From: Chrysomallon squamiferum
Taxonomy: Eukaryota > Animalia > Mollusca
Reading direction: 5' to 3'
DNA length: 64,000 nucleotides
Assembly: GCA_012295275.1 (NCBI GenBank)
Contig: CM022674.1
Coordinates: forward strand, 5,828,001 to 5,892,000
This document shows, piece by piece, positions 28,941-64,000 of the stretch. The position numbers and the translations under genes were made by a program. How positions within the stretch are numbered: position 1 is the stretch's first letter; the number at the start of each line of letters is the position of its first letter. The notes under the pieces are model-generated. The model did not search any database, was not told the origin of the DNA, and saw only the letters and a program-made list of their open reading frames with translations.

Positions 28941-31900
28941 AATAAAATGAAATTAAAACAAAATTTTAAAAAAAATAATAAATAAATTAAAAAAATTGAA
29001 CTAATAATAATAACAATTAAGACATAAAGAAAACTGAAACAGTTGAAGAAATACATATGTAACAAAAAATGAAATTTAAAACAATATTTTATGTTTTTTT
29101 TTGTTTATTTTTTTTCAGTTTATACAGAAGAAGGCTCCGCAGTACTCGGAGGTGAAGGAAGACACGGCTTGGAGCATGGACAAGTTCAACAAATACATAA
29201 ACGAGAAAGTCGCAAAGGAGAAGGGAGTCGAGAAAGACTGGGTTTACAACTCACTCACTGTAAGTATTTTATCATTTTTATTTATTTATTTATTTATTTA
29301 TTTTTTTTGCTATAATACAGTCAGTTCTGTACTATAAGCTTTTATTTATTTATTTTTATTTTTTTTTTTTTTTATTTTTTTATTTTTTTTTTTTTTTTTT
29401 TTGCTATAATGCAGTCAGTTCTGTACTATAAGCCTAAATTCTGCTCATTAGAATGCATGTATAATGTTAGGTAAAAATAATGAAAATAAAATATCATGGT
29501 ATAGTTGAAAAAAAAAAATTAAAAAAAAATTGAAATTAATGGAGTCAGTTCTATTCTGCAAGCCAAGATTACTCACTAAAATACATTTATAATAATGAAA
29601 ATAAAATGTCATAGTATATGTAAAAAAAAAAATTAAAAAACAAATATGAAAGAAAAAGGAAGAAGAAGAAAAAGAGAGGATAAAACAAATGAAAAGCTGT
29701 TCTATAATAAAAAATAAATAATAATAATGATGATGATGGTGATGATAATGATAATAATAAATTAATATTTCTGATTCACTTATAAAGTTTAACAGCATTC
29801 CAAGAATACCTTAGTAAAAACATAAAATTGTTATTGAAAAACATTTGATAAATACAGTTATCAATGGGAACATCTTAACCCCATCAGATTTTTGTTAAAA
29901 ACAAGAGTCTGGTTTATTCTGTTGTTTGTTGTTAATTCAATATTGCAATGCAAAACAGAAACAATCATTTTGGTCATAAACTGCAAGTTTTAAATTTTTC
30001 TATTTTCAGAAACAAATGCAGAGGATCATGGTACACTGTTTTAACAGCGTCAAACACAAACTGCACTGCAAAGTGGGATACTTTGACCTCTATGGGTTCG
30101 ATTTCATGATCGACCAAAATATGAGGGTAAGTCTCAGAATTATCCTGCTTAATTCCATTTGTATTTGGGAATATTGCAGATTGAAATTATTATTCAGTAC
30201 AAGTTTTGATGTCAGTGGATTGAATTTATTGTTTAGCTATGTCCTACCTTATGAGTGCTTATTTGATCCTATACTGGCAAATTATACTGGTGACCTAATC
30301 TTCCCATTTTTTTTGGGGTATACACATAGTTTAGTTAGAGTTAGTATGTTAGTGGTTAAATTAGATAGTGGTTTTCTCAACTGGTAGTAGACTTAGTAAG
30401 TTCCAAGATTTAACTAAGTTCTAAAATTATTTACACAAGTTCTAAAATTTTCTACATTCTGGTTTCCTCTCAGGTGTGGCTGATTGAGATCAACATAAAC
30501 CCATGTCTGGCCACAAACTGTGAAGCTCTGAAGGAAGTTATACCTAACATGGTGGAAGAGACACTTCGTAAGTATTCGTATTTCAAAATAAAATGAAGAA
30601 TTAGTCAGTATGTATTCTTTTCAGTTCTGAGTTATGTTTTATTTAAGTTTTTTTTTATTATCTAGGATTTATTAGTAAACAAATTATAACAAGAAAAAAG
30701 TAGAATTTAAAAATATCAGGATATCACCAGGATTTTTTTATATCTTTAACGTAATTTTATAGATAAGCTGGAGTAATTTATGTCAAATGTTGCGATACAG
30801 AATTATGTATCGTTTCTACATTTTTTTTTTGTACTATAACTCACAGTACTGATTTGATGATTTTCTTTTAACTTTCTAATATTTTTTTTTCCATTTTTTT
30901 TATAATCATGTTTTACAGACATAGCTATCGAATGTTTTGAAAAAAGTCGCAAATGCCAGCCACTGATGCCGTTAAACTCCCAAAAAACTTTCACCGTCCT
31001 GTACTGCGGTTCGAACCCAGCTGCCGTTCAGCCGCGCCACTCCAGAAGTGTTTCTCCAGAGAGAAACAGACCGATGCAGCAGCCCTTTCAGCGCCAGGGC
31101 CGATCTCCGGGGCGCGGCCAGGGCGTGAGAGGGGCCACCTCCTCCACCCAGCTCATCACCAGCTCCCCCTACCAGACGAAAGGCCTGGATCCGGTGCTGT
31201 TTCAGAACTCACAGAAAAAGACGAGCTTGGCCGTTCCGACTACACAGAGCGAGTGCCGTCTGCCGAGCATTAACCAGTCTTCGGGCAACTCCAGAGTGGG
31301 TGTGGCTGGGGGGGCAAGTTCCCGCCCCGTGGGCAACTCCAGTTCTGCTCCCAACAAAAATAACACAACTACAGCTACGAGGTCTGGGAACGCGTCGCTG
31401 AGCAGGAGTTTCCCGGGAAAGAAGTACGAGAATTCGGTGTACAACGCGGTTCCGTCGGCGAGGAAAAGCGACGATGCGGCAAAGAGGCCAGCTGCTGTCA
31501 GTGCGAGAAACAAACAACTGGAGAAAGTGAACAGCAACAGTCAGAGTGAGTCGAAAAGTCAAGTCAAAAGTGCCAAATCAGTTTCGAAGGATGAATCAGC
31601 TGCCAAAGCTACGGAAGTCGATGAAAAACCCCAGAACTGTGTAGAGAAGAAAAATGGCGAAGGTGTCGGTGAGAAATCGGACGGCGATTGTTCGTCTGTG
31701 AAAAGTGGCGAGCATGAGGAAAAGTCGAAAAATAATCCGTCTGCGAAAGTTAGCGGCAAGCTGCAGAATGATTCTGGTGTAAAGAGTGTCGAAAATGCCA
31801 AAAAGACCCAAGCAGAGTCGTCTGCAAAAAGTGTCGAAAAAACTGAAAAACCTAAAGTTGATTCCACGCCGAAAAGTGGAAAATCAAAAACAGTTGAAAG

Positions 31901-32486
31901 CGGAAAGAAGTCGTCCAGCGATTCGCCCCACAAAAACGAGGAAACGGTTAAAATGTCGAAAGAAGAAAACAGCAGCAGCAAGTCGCAAGATCCATCTTCT
32001 TCTAAAACTGCTGAAGCTGCTGACAAATCGCAGACTGTGAAAACGAAAGATAATGAAAGCGGTGACAACCTGGAAAGTGGGACGGCTTCGAAAAGTTCCA
32101 AATCGGGCGAAAAATCGCAGAGTTTGAGTCGCGAAAACAGCAAGAAATTGCAGCAGAATCAGAAAGCGAAGGAAATCAGTTCAGCAACAATGTCTGCTAA
32201 TTCATTGGGTGATTCTTCTGCAGTGGTGAAAGGTCAGAACGCAAAAACTGACCAGGTGAGTCAAGAAAGTGAAAATAAAACAGCCATGAACTCCGAGGAA
32301 AAGAAAAACAATGCAACGAATGCCGTAGCAATAGAAAAAAAAATGACTGCAGTTCCTTTCAGTCAGGACACGATATACACACTTGTTCAAACCAGTAATT
32401 CACCACCAGGGAATATTCCAGGTTCAGAAGTTAAACTAAAAATGACCCATGTAAGAAGAAAAACTAGAGAGTCCTCAGGGAACTGA
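15723..32486 (+). CDS. TTLL10: Tubulin polyglycylase TTLL10-like, multi-exon gene (~920 aa including a short first exon)
   Basis: Nine GT-AG exons join in frame. Motifs [63 protein letters not shown] and [10 protein letters not shown] match the TTL ATP-grasp domain and the TTLL10 subfamily. Confidence 0.93.
19845..19963 (+). CDS. TTLL10: TTLL10 exon ([12 protein letters not shown]...NYAAFKE)
   Basis: ttttatttcag acceptor, G|gtttgt donor, phase 2 to 1. Confidence 0.92.
19972..20457. promoter_or_regulatory. Cluster of RFX X-box motifs
   Basis: GTAACCATGGCAAC (19972-19985) and GTAACCATAGCAAC (20108-20121) fit GTNRCC-N2-RGYAAC. Degenerate copies lie at 20398 and 20444. Confidence 0.6.
20787..20836 (+). 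promoter_or_regulatory. Intronic core-promoter-like element (GC box, TATA, Inr)
   Basis: GGGTGGGGG at 20787, TATAAAAG at 20800, and TCAGAC with its A at 20831 (31 nt after the TATA start). Confidence 0.45.
21045..21250 (+). mobile_element. Degenerate tRNA-derived SINE fragment
   Basis: The head ttggtgcagcatttaa...aggtactaggatcaaattccc looks like decayed A and B boxes at tRNA spacing. It does not fold as an intact tRNA. Confidence 0.4.
23180..23642. repeat. ~55-bp minisatellite (ttattattactgtaaaccttctgatatttgagtcttaacagtactatact)
   Basis: About 8-9 diverged tandem copies. Confidence 0.9.
24855..25202. repeat. (CA/TA/CATA)n compound microsatellite
   Basis: Directly visible. Confidence 0.9.
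26796..26996 (+). CDS. TTLL10: TTLL10 exon ([21 protein letters not shown]...FVPETYRL...VYK)
   Basis: tttacag acceptor, G|gtatat donor, phase 1 to 1. Confidence 0.93.
27455..27614 (+). CDS. TTLL10: TTLL10 exon ([20 protein letters not shown]...RIVQR)
   Basis: atatttcag acceptor, CG|gtaact donor, phase 1 to 2. Confidence 0.95.
27712..27965. repeat. ~140-bp direct duplication
   Basis: cagtagcttag.gtccagactatttctgaa...gtaagggattagct occurs twice. Confidence 0.8.
28296..28467 (+). CDS. TTLL10: TTLL10 exon ([18 protein letters not shown]...HLTNQ)
   Basis: Branch-like ttctaac plus ttcag acceptor, CAG|gtaatt donor, phase 2 to 0. Confidence 0.95.
28455..28815 (+). repeat. ~31-bp diverged tandem repeat derived from the exon end and donor (ttgaccaatcagRtaattcc)
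   Basis: About 10 copies starting inside the exon 3' end. Confidence 0.8.
29119..29259 (+). CDS. TTLL10: TTLL10 exon (FIQKKAPQY...DWVYNSLT)
   Basis: tttttcag acceptor, ACT|gtaagt donor, phase 0 to 0. Confidence 0.95.
30010..30126 (+). CDS. TTLL10: TTLL10 exon ([11 protein letters not shown]...[17 protein letters not shown])
   Basis: attttcag acceptor, AGG|gtaagt donor. Confidence 0.95.
30474..30567 (+). CDS. TTLL10: TTLL10 exon ([31 protein letters not shown])
   Basis: ttcctctcag acceptor, C|gtaagt donor. Contains the catalytic E-x-N motif. Confidence 0.95.
30919..32486 (+). CDS. TTLL10: TTLL10 terminal coding exon: end of the TTL domain plus a long S/K/E-rich tail
   Basis: ttttacag acceptor, phase 1. 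HIAIECFEK...FTVLY continues into the 506-aa ORF ending at TGA 32486. Confidence 0.9.
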
Positions 32487-34239
32487 AATAGGAAATATGT
32501 TCTGTTTTTTTAAAATAATTAAGATTGGAAAAAAAAAAAAAAAATTTGTTGAGGTTTTTGTACATTTATTTTCTTATTACAGTTTTGTGATTTAATTGTC
32601 TAAAATGATTTATTTGCAAGTTTTAAATCTGAAATCATTTTTCTCATTTATTTTGCAGGAGTAAAATGTCCATTAAGAAATTAAGTGTGGAAAAACGAAA
32701 TCTCATATAAAAAAGTTTTAAAAATTATTTGCAAGTTTAATATTATTAAAAGCTACAAAGGAAAGATTTTAAAAAGTTCACTGATATTTATTTTTTTATT
32801 CCTTAAAGAAAAATGTTTGAAAAATTAATGTATATATTCATTTTGTTTGCAGTTTTAGAAAAAAGAAAAAAAAAAAAAAACGAATTATTTTTATTTATTT
32901 ATTTTTTTTTACTGATTCTGTTTCTTTTTTTTCACTGAAAAGAAAATTTTAAGTTTTTAGAGATAACTGAATAAACAAACAAATATTTATTTAAATGTGT
33001 TTGCATTACGAAGAAGATTAATTGTGTTAAATTTTCTGTTTCTGGTTTTATAACTGATTTGCTAAAAGGCCAGAAAGAAAAGAAAGAAAATTTAAAAATT
33101 AAGATCTTATTTTAATACAATGCAAATTTTGTTTTATAATTTGTATCACTTTTTTTTTAGAAGTCTACAAAATAATAATAATAAAAAAATCTTTTTTACT
33201 TATATTTCTAGACAAAATCAAATCAAGGCATGATATATTTTGAGGTGTTCCTTTTTTTCTTTTTTTTTTAATTCAGTTGCCATGATGATATTAAAAGAAT
33301 ATAAAAAATAATTATATCATGCTCAATATTTTTCATTTCCATCTTCAGATTTCATTTTGGTTGTTTAGTGTTGTAAAATAGGTTGAAATTATTTTTAAGT
33401 TTGTAAAATTATGCTTGGGAAATTTGGGTCACTTCTGTTCAATTTCTGATTCCAAGTTTGACTGAAATGTTTTTATTTAATATAATTTTTTTTTTTTTTT
33501 TTTTCTGCATTTTATTGGGTTGCTGTGACCTAATTAAATCAGTGACTGTATTGAATTAGTTTGTTTATAATATAAATTCTAAATAAATGAAATATGCAAT
33601 CATGTCAGTTTCAAATATTTTTGTTACATATTTTTTCGTTCACCATTTTTCTTTTTTAAATTTTAATAATAATCTTTAATTATGATATTTTATTATTAAT
33701 ATAGACATTAATCTATATTTATATTTATATATATTTATAATTATCTAAACAAGATGCATTCCTTAATATTTAAATATCTGTTCTACATTTAACACATATA
33801 CATATGAAAATTATATCAATTACTTGTTTTAACTTAAAGTAAAGGGCTGCATTTATTCATATATTTCTATATTAAGAACATTTTTTAATTGCATCTTAGT
33901 ATTCATATCTACTCTAATTTAAACAATATGGTCCAGAATTATTGCTTTTAATTTCATTTGAAACTAGATAAAATGTAAAAACATTAAATATAAAATTAAA
34001 TAGCAGCAGTATTACATTAGTTATATATTAATTTTGTGTATTACAATGAATAAAGTGAATAATGTGTGAATAGTCTTTGATTTTTTTTTAGAAATAAACT
34101 GCAAACATTTTTGCAAATATTGCAGTTATTTGTCCAAATGTTATAGAATAAATGCTTGTTATGAGTTCTGTGCAAAATAATTTTTTTAACAATCAGTGCA
34201 GATATTGTATGATATGTTATTGTTTAATGTTGTAATACA

Positions 34240-35095
34240 TTGTATAATATCCTGTGAAACCTTCAACGGAATATCGAATGGTATCCTTTGATGTGCTGTA
34301 TAAAATACATATCCTACAATAGTTTACAATGCACCTTCTATTTTGTATCCTATGAATGTTGCAAAATATCCTGTGATGGCATTATCTAAAATCCTGTGAT
34401 GGGATAATGTATACAATCCTATAATTTCTAATATCCTGGATTGTTGTATAGTATCCTGCAATAGATTATTACTTAATATGTGAAAGATTATTTGATACTA
34501 TCCTGTGATCCACTGTTGCATATCCTGACTGTTTATTGTGGAATATCCTGGCTTGATTTTATATGATAGCCCTTAGTAGATAGGTTAACTGTTTTGTGGT
34601 AATATCCTACTGTAGATTATTTTATAATATCCTATGAAGATTACAGTGATATCCTGAAAGGATTATTGTAAATGCTGCTCTAGATTATTGCATTATATCC
34701 TATAATGGGTTATTGTATAATTTCCTGAGATGGGTTATTGTATAGTATCCTGTATTGGAATATTGTATTATATAACCTTTTCTGGTATAATGTGCAATTT
34801 TTTGTTAGGGATTATTGTATATCCTGTAACAGATTATTGTATAATATCCTGTTATGGTTTATTATGTAACAACCTTTAATGAATTACATATCCTGTCTTT
34901 GATTATTGTATAATATCCTGAAATGGGTAACTGCATATCCTGCGATGGGTTATTGTACAATATCCTGTAATGGTTTATTGTATAAGGTTCTGGTTTATAA
35001 TTCTTTCTTGTGATGGGGCTGTTACATAAAATAAAACAAGAGGTATCCAACGATATCCTGTGATACATTATCCTGTATTATATCCTTTGGGATAT
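34240..35095. repeat. Diverged ~20-25-bp minisatellite (ataatatcctgtgatgggttattgt) downstream of the TTLL10 stop
   Basis: Recurrent atatcctg and gattattg cores. Confidence 0.8.
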
Positions 35096-36573
35096 GTGAT
35101 GCAATGAAGCCTAAATGTGATGGTTACATTCAGCATTGATTATTTATTATTAAAAATGTTTCTCTTTTTAACTATTTAAAGATTTACACCTAAAGATTTT
35201 TTTTATAGATTTATATTTCATATTTTTTAAATATTTACTTACAACCCATATTGGATTTCACTGTCAAAAGTATTAGAATTGTTTTTAACTTTTTTTTATT
35301 TTTATTTAATATTATTTATTATTTTTGAACTTATTTACTGTTACTATGGTAATTACTACTGGTATCTATGATTATTGTTATTATTTAGGTGAAGTATAAA
35401 ATCTGAGATATACAGTATATTCTGGTGGTGCCAGTTTTGTTTTCTGCAATAATTACACACACAGACAGACACACACACACAAAGTATTTATATATATTCA
35501 AAATCATCAAATTGTAATCATTCAAAATAAAAATGAATGGTATTCAAAATGATAAAAAAAATATATATATAAAAAAAATAAAAAAAATAAAAAAATGTGA
35601 AATACAAAATAAAAAGGATTTAAAAAGAAAAAAAAAGGGAAAAAAAAAAAGGTTGTCAGCTTCTTAAATTTAAAAGAAATGAAGACCAGAAATACAGAAT
35701 TTAATAGCTTTGTTAAGTATGTTAAGACAGTGTTCAAAATAAAACTACTGTTATTTGGAATGGGTAAAAGATATGTAGGATTAGTAAAATGTAACAGAAA
35801 TCTAGATCAGCAAAACTTTCCCTTCTCTTTTGTTTTATCATCACTTTTATGTTAATTTTCAGTTAGATGACTTTGCAAGAATTTAGAAAAAAAAAATTTG
35901 TTGAAAATGAATTTTGATATAGCATGTAGCTGTGTGCATCGGAAATGTGTTGTGATAAAAATGTGCCATTTTTTTTTTAAATTTACATTTTATGAATGTT
36001 TATTATCAACATTGTTGTTGCTGTTTATTTATTTTTAAAAATCATTGTTATTTATCATTTTTTATTATTTATTATCGTTATTATTATTTTAATTTAAATA
36101 CAAATTTTTTAAACTGAAACATAAGTAATGTTAAAACAATCATTTTCATGTGGTTAGATTAAAAAGTTTTATTTGACATTCAAGATCTGCTACTTCAAAA
36201 TTAGTTCATATCTGCCAGAAATCATTTAGTTATAGATATTTATAGAAACATTAAAATTTCTTAATTCTAGATTAAAATCATTAATTCATTTAAATATTTA
36301 AAAATATATATTTGTTTTCTACAACATCTGTAGCATAATATAGTTGGATTTTACATATTTTTAAATATTTCTTTACTTTCATACAATTTTCCAATAAAAG
36401 GATTTTTTAATCCCTGAGTATTATTAACTATTATCCTTATTATAATTACAATTTTTTTTTAGTATTTAAGAAATTACAGATTGCTTCAAGATAAAATATA
36501 TATCATTATATACATGTAATTTGTCTGTTGAATTTTTTTTATTTTTTATTTTTTAGAATGTGAAGTATTCAAG

Positions 36574-36630
36574 AATAAAATATTGTATTCTAATTGTAAA
36601 TTTGTTTGTTCCTTTTTGTTATTGATGTAT
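36574..36630 (+). terminator. Candidate distal polyadenylation signal of TTLL10
   Basis: AATAAA at 36574 followed by a GT/T-rich tract. Other AATAAA hexamers occur upstream. Confidence 0.35.
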
Positions 36631-37659
36631 TTTCAAAATATACCTGCCTGTCTTTACTGGTCATTGTCATCATAGACAAAAATCTGAACTATGGTATTTG
36701 TAGATGGTATCCTGGCATTTCATTGGCTGATTAAAAAGATGATGCAGTATGTAAGAGATGCTATTACAAATATAAACACTAATCTGAATAACTATTTTGT
36801 GGCAGACACCAAAAATACTGAAATCTTTTACTGGTTTAAAATCATCATCCATTTTTTTTCATAAAATGTATATAAAAGAATCCTGGTTGCTGATTAATAA
36901 AAGAAGCCATTATGTGGCAGAAGCAGGTTTCAGATTGTTCCCTCTCTTCACTGTTATGTGACTGGCCTTCAAATAATTTGGTTTAAAAAGAATGAAATTC
37001 TGAACAAATGTCTTAATAAAATCAGTAAAAATATAATCTGTAGAGAAAAATTTCATTTTTTGTATAAAAAAAAAACCAAAAATGAATTTTTTAAAAATAT
37101 GGTTAACAGTTATTAAGAAACATTTTTTAAATGATGATAGATGAAAATGGCCTGGTGAGAGATATTACAACAGGGGAGTACATACCAGAGACTTTCATAA
37201 ACCTATTAGTGGAGGCTTTAATTGCAACAGGAAATAGATCAACAGTGCACTGAACACAATTAAACTTGTTACCAGTTTGTGACATTCACCATTCTTAATA
37301 CATTTATAAAATACTTTTTTAAAATAAAGATAAATTTAAGTAATAACAATAATAATAATAATAATATTAATAATAATAATAATAATAACAAAAACGATTA
37401 ATAATAACTAATGATGACAGTAATAATAATAGTAATAATATTAATAATGAAATAAATAATAATAATAATAATAACAATAAGTGATGATAATAATAGTAAT
37501 GACAGTAATAATAATAATAACAATATTAGTAATTACAACAATAACAACAAGACCAGTAATAACAACAACAATAATAACACATTCATGACATGTTTATATG
37601 CAAAAACAATTTAATTCGTAAATAAACAATAATCTATATAAAACATGATTTACAGCATA

Positions 37660-37761
37660 AACAAATAAACAAAAACGACAAAAACAATATGGAATGATGC
37701 CCATAAATGGAAAACAAACTGAAGTCATTTTTTTGGTCTTTTTCTTAAAATATATTTTATT
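37660..37761 (-). terminator. Candidate polyadenylation signal of PIK3R4
   Basis: AATAAA on the - strand at 37756-37761 followed by GT/T-rich sequence. Confidence 0.35.
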
Positions 37762-37922
37762 CATTGGCACCTCTATTAAAAATAATGAATTTAGAATATG
37801 CCGAAGACTTAAACAGATGAAATAAATAAATAATGAAGATGAGTAATAATCAATGGAGAAAAGACAAAAGTTTTGATTTTAAAGATTTTAGACTGAAAAT
37901 GAGGGTTGGTATAGTGAGTATT

Positions 37923-37990
<68 letters not shown>

Positions 37991-38494
37991 AATAATAGCA
38001 GCAGCAGTGTAGTAGTAGTGGTAGTAGTAGTATAGTAATAATAATAAAAAATAAAAAAATAATGATGATGATAATAAAACAATAACAACAACACCCATAA
38101 TAATAATAATAAATTTTAAAATCATAAAACAAAATGATGTTTTGAATAAACACACACAGTTATAGGAACATTTGTATTACTATATGACAAACTAGTCATT
38201 GTTAAATTTCGAATATGTACATGACTTCACTATAAATGTGCGTTGCATGAGCATTTGTACAACTCTTCCTTTGTCCTTCTTTCTTTCTGTGAACTCTGAG
38301 TGATACTCAACAAGGATATAGATTATATTAAGAAAGATTTGTTTGATTATGATATGTATATTATTATAACAGTTTTATCAAACTTATATAATTTTTCACA
38401 TACATTTTATTTTCCTTGTGTGCATCTTCGAGAGGAAAAAATTTGCTTATAATTTTTGCTTTGTTTTTTATATTAATAATATAGTAGTAACAGC

Positions 38495-38531
<37 letters not shown>

Positions 38532-38665
38532 ATAGTATTGATAATGATAAAAATAATAATAGTAATAATAAAATATCAATTAAAAATAAAAAAAATAATA
38601 ATGAAAAATAATAATAATAATAATAATAATAAAAAATAATGATGATAATAATAATAATAATGATG

Positions 38666-38730
<65 letters not shown>

Positions 38731-38856
38731 CATCATCATCATCTTTCTTTTATCACTGACATCATATTAATCATTCATCACTGAAAGATCTCAAGAACTC
38801 CCATCTCTGTATCACAACAAAAAAAGTCACCATCATCATCACCATCGTCACCATCA

Positions 38857-62459
<23,603 letters not shown>

Positions 62460-62759
62460 TTATTATTTCAAAATCTAATAAAAAAAACCACAAAATAAAA
62501 TGCAATGTTAACATTTTAATATGAGAAAACATTTTATACACTAAACTTTTAAAACAAAATACAATAATAATAATAATAATAATAATCATAATAATCATAA
62601 TAATAATAATAATAAATAAATAAATTAATTAATTAAAAAACAAAAACAAAGACGTAATATACTACTACTACTAGTACTACTACTACGAGTTCTAATGATA
62701 ATAATAATTTCTTAACTAAAATATATTGATTACAATGGCACAAAACCGAATGATAATGA

Positions 62760-64000
62760 AAACAGAAGTAACGGTAGAAAGAGTCTGGTGAATTTTAGAA
62801 TTTATATGGCAAGTTAAAAATATCAGACGTACCCAGTAACAGTTTCCAATGAATAATGATAATTGGAGTCTGCTCCACCTCTTTCGCGGATCTACCTTTA
62901 CGTTTCAGTTCCAAGTTATTTTATAATTCCGATGAATGCTATTTACAGTACTTTCAAAACTCCAATCATTTGAATTTTGCAATTAAATTGTCCTTGTAGC
63001 TTAAACGTTTTATCTAATTTTTCATAATAACATAAAGCCCTTCAACAAAAACAACAATTCTGCCATTCTAACCACTTACGCAAAATATAAGGAAGTGCTT
63101 GAAGTAAGTCTCTTTAAACAGAACGTCAATTCTCTCTAACCATTCTGTGTGATCGAAACAAAAATAATAATACACAATCGGTATATTTCGGAAACTTCCG
63201 ACCTATACATAACGAAGTATTAAGTTTTATTTTAAAATACAAATAAATAAATAAAAGAATAAGCGATGTTTATCGAATCAGTTCTGGGATATTTTCTTTT
63301 ATGCTGTTGCTGGGTTGTTGTTGTTTTTCTGTAAATTTTTAAACTGGGGACTTTTATACGGAAAATACCGATTGGAAATACTATCAGATGGTTGACACTG
63401 AAAAATATTCGTGTGTGTGTTTGTGTGAGAGAGATGTTGTGCCTGTGAAGGTGTTCGTATGTACGTGTATAAGTATTCGGATAGGATGGCGACAGGGACA
63501 ATAGCACCAAGGGCCGTATATAAAAATAAATATTAATGCCGTCTGGACGCGATAGACATTACAAATTATATATCTTAATGGCCCTTGTATTAAAACGCGA
63601 TTTTTGCAGTATATGTCGCAACTCTCTCTCTCTCTCTCTGTGTGTGTATATATATATAAAGAAAGAAAAAAAAAAAAAAAGACTGTCACGCCGGGTACTA
63701 TTCATCAGCGCGATTCAATATTTGCGTTATCGCATGCAATATATAGAATTTGATCTCGAGGTGATTTCTCCCGTTGTGTATTTCATCTTATTAAAAATTC
63801 ATTGTTATTCATGTACAAAAACATGAAAACTCTACCATCCTACAAAGTTTGTTGGCAACGGGAAACTATTATGAAGCCGTATATTTTCTACGGAATGTAC
63901 GATAATTCTAATAATTACTATTCTGTAAATATTAATACTGTCAAGTATCGTAAATTTTTATGAATATTCTTTTTTGTTTCGGTTACTTGTAATAGGAATA
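62760..64000. promoter_or_regulatory. CpG-enriched PIK3R4 promoter and 5' UTR region, possibly bidirectional
   Basis: CpG-rich sequence with - strand donor candidates at ~62832 (gtacgt) and ~63079 (gtaagt), and an ETS-like acttccg at ~63194. Confidence 0.45.

Noticed and set aside
31202-32390. Antisense and alternative-frame ORFs over the TTLL10 last exon
   Set aside because: Expected shadows of a GC-richer coding exon, with no independent support.
63933-63947. TAATACTGTCAAGTA resembling miR-8/miR-200 (the human miR-200b cluster neighbours TTLL10)
   Set aside because: The match stops after ~15 nt and there is no complementary 5' arm upstream to form a hairpin.

Overview
This is AT-rich, microsatellite-dense animal genomic DNA, probably from a mollusc or gastropod (tentative, based on Nin-type SINE remnants and protein similarity). 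It holds two convergent intron-rich genes. (1) On the + strand is a TTLL10-type tubulin polyglycylase with 9 confident coding exons at 15723-32486, several candidate alternative first exons, and a long S/K/E-rich C-terminal tail. (2) On the - strand is PIK3R4/Vps15 at 62459-38857. I traced 29 intact coding exons with consistent splice phases, except at four places where conserved exons are not intact. At each expected position there is a 'ghost' of about the right length, with a few surviving codons in AT-garbled sequence. A consensus or basecalling artefact is the most likely cause, but this is directly testable. Other notable patterns are tandem repeats seeded at splice junctions in both genes, and an intronic RFX X-box cluster followed by a TATA/Inr core promoter (or solo LTR) in TTLL10. 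Almost all ORFs in the supplied track are microsatellite artefacts. Comparisons to human proteins and SINE consensus sequences are from memory, not from a database search.
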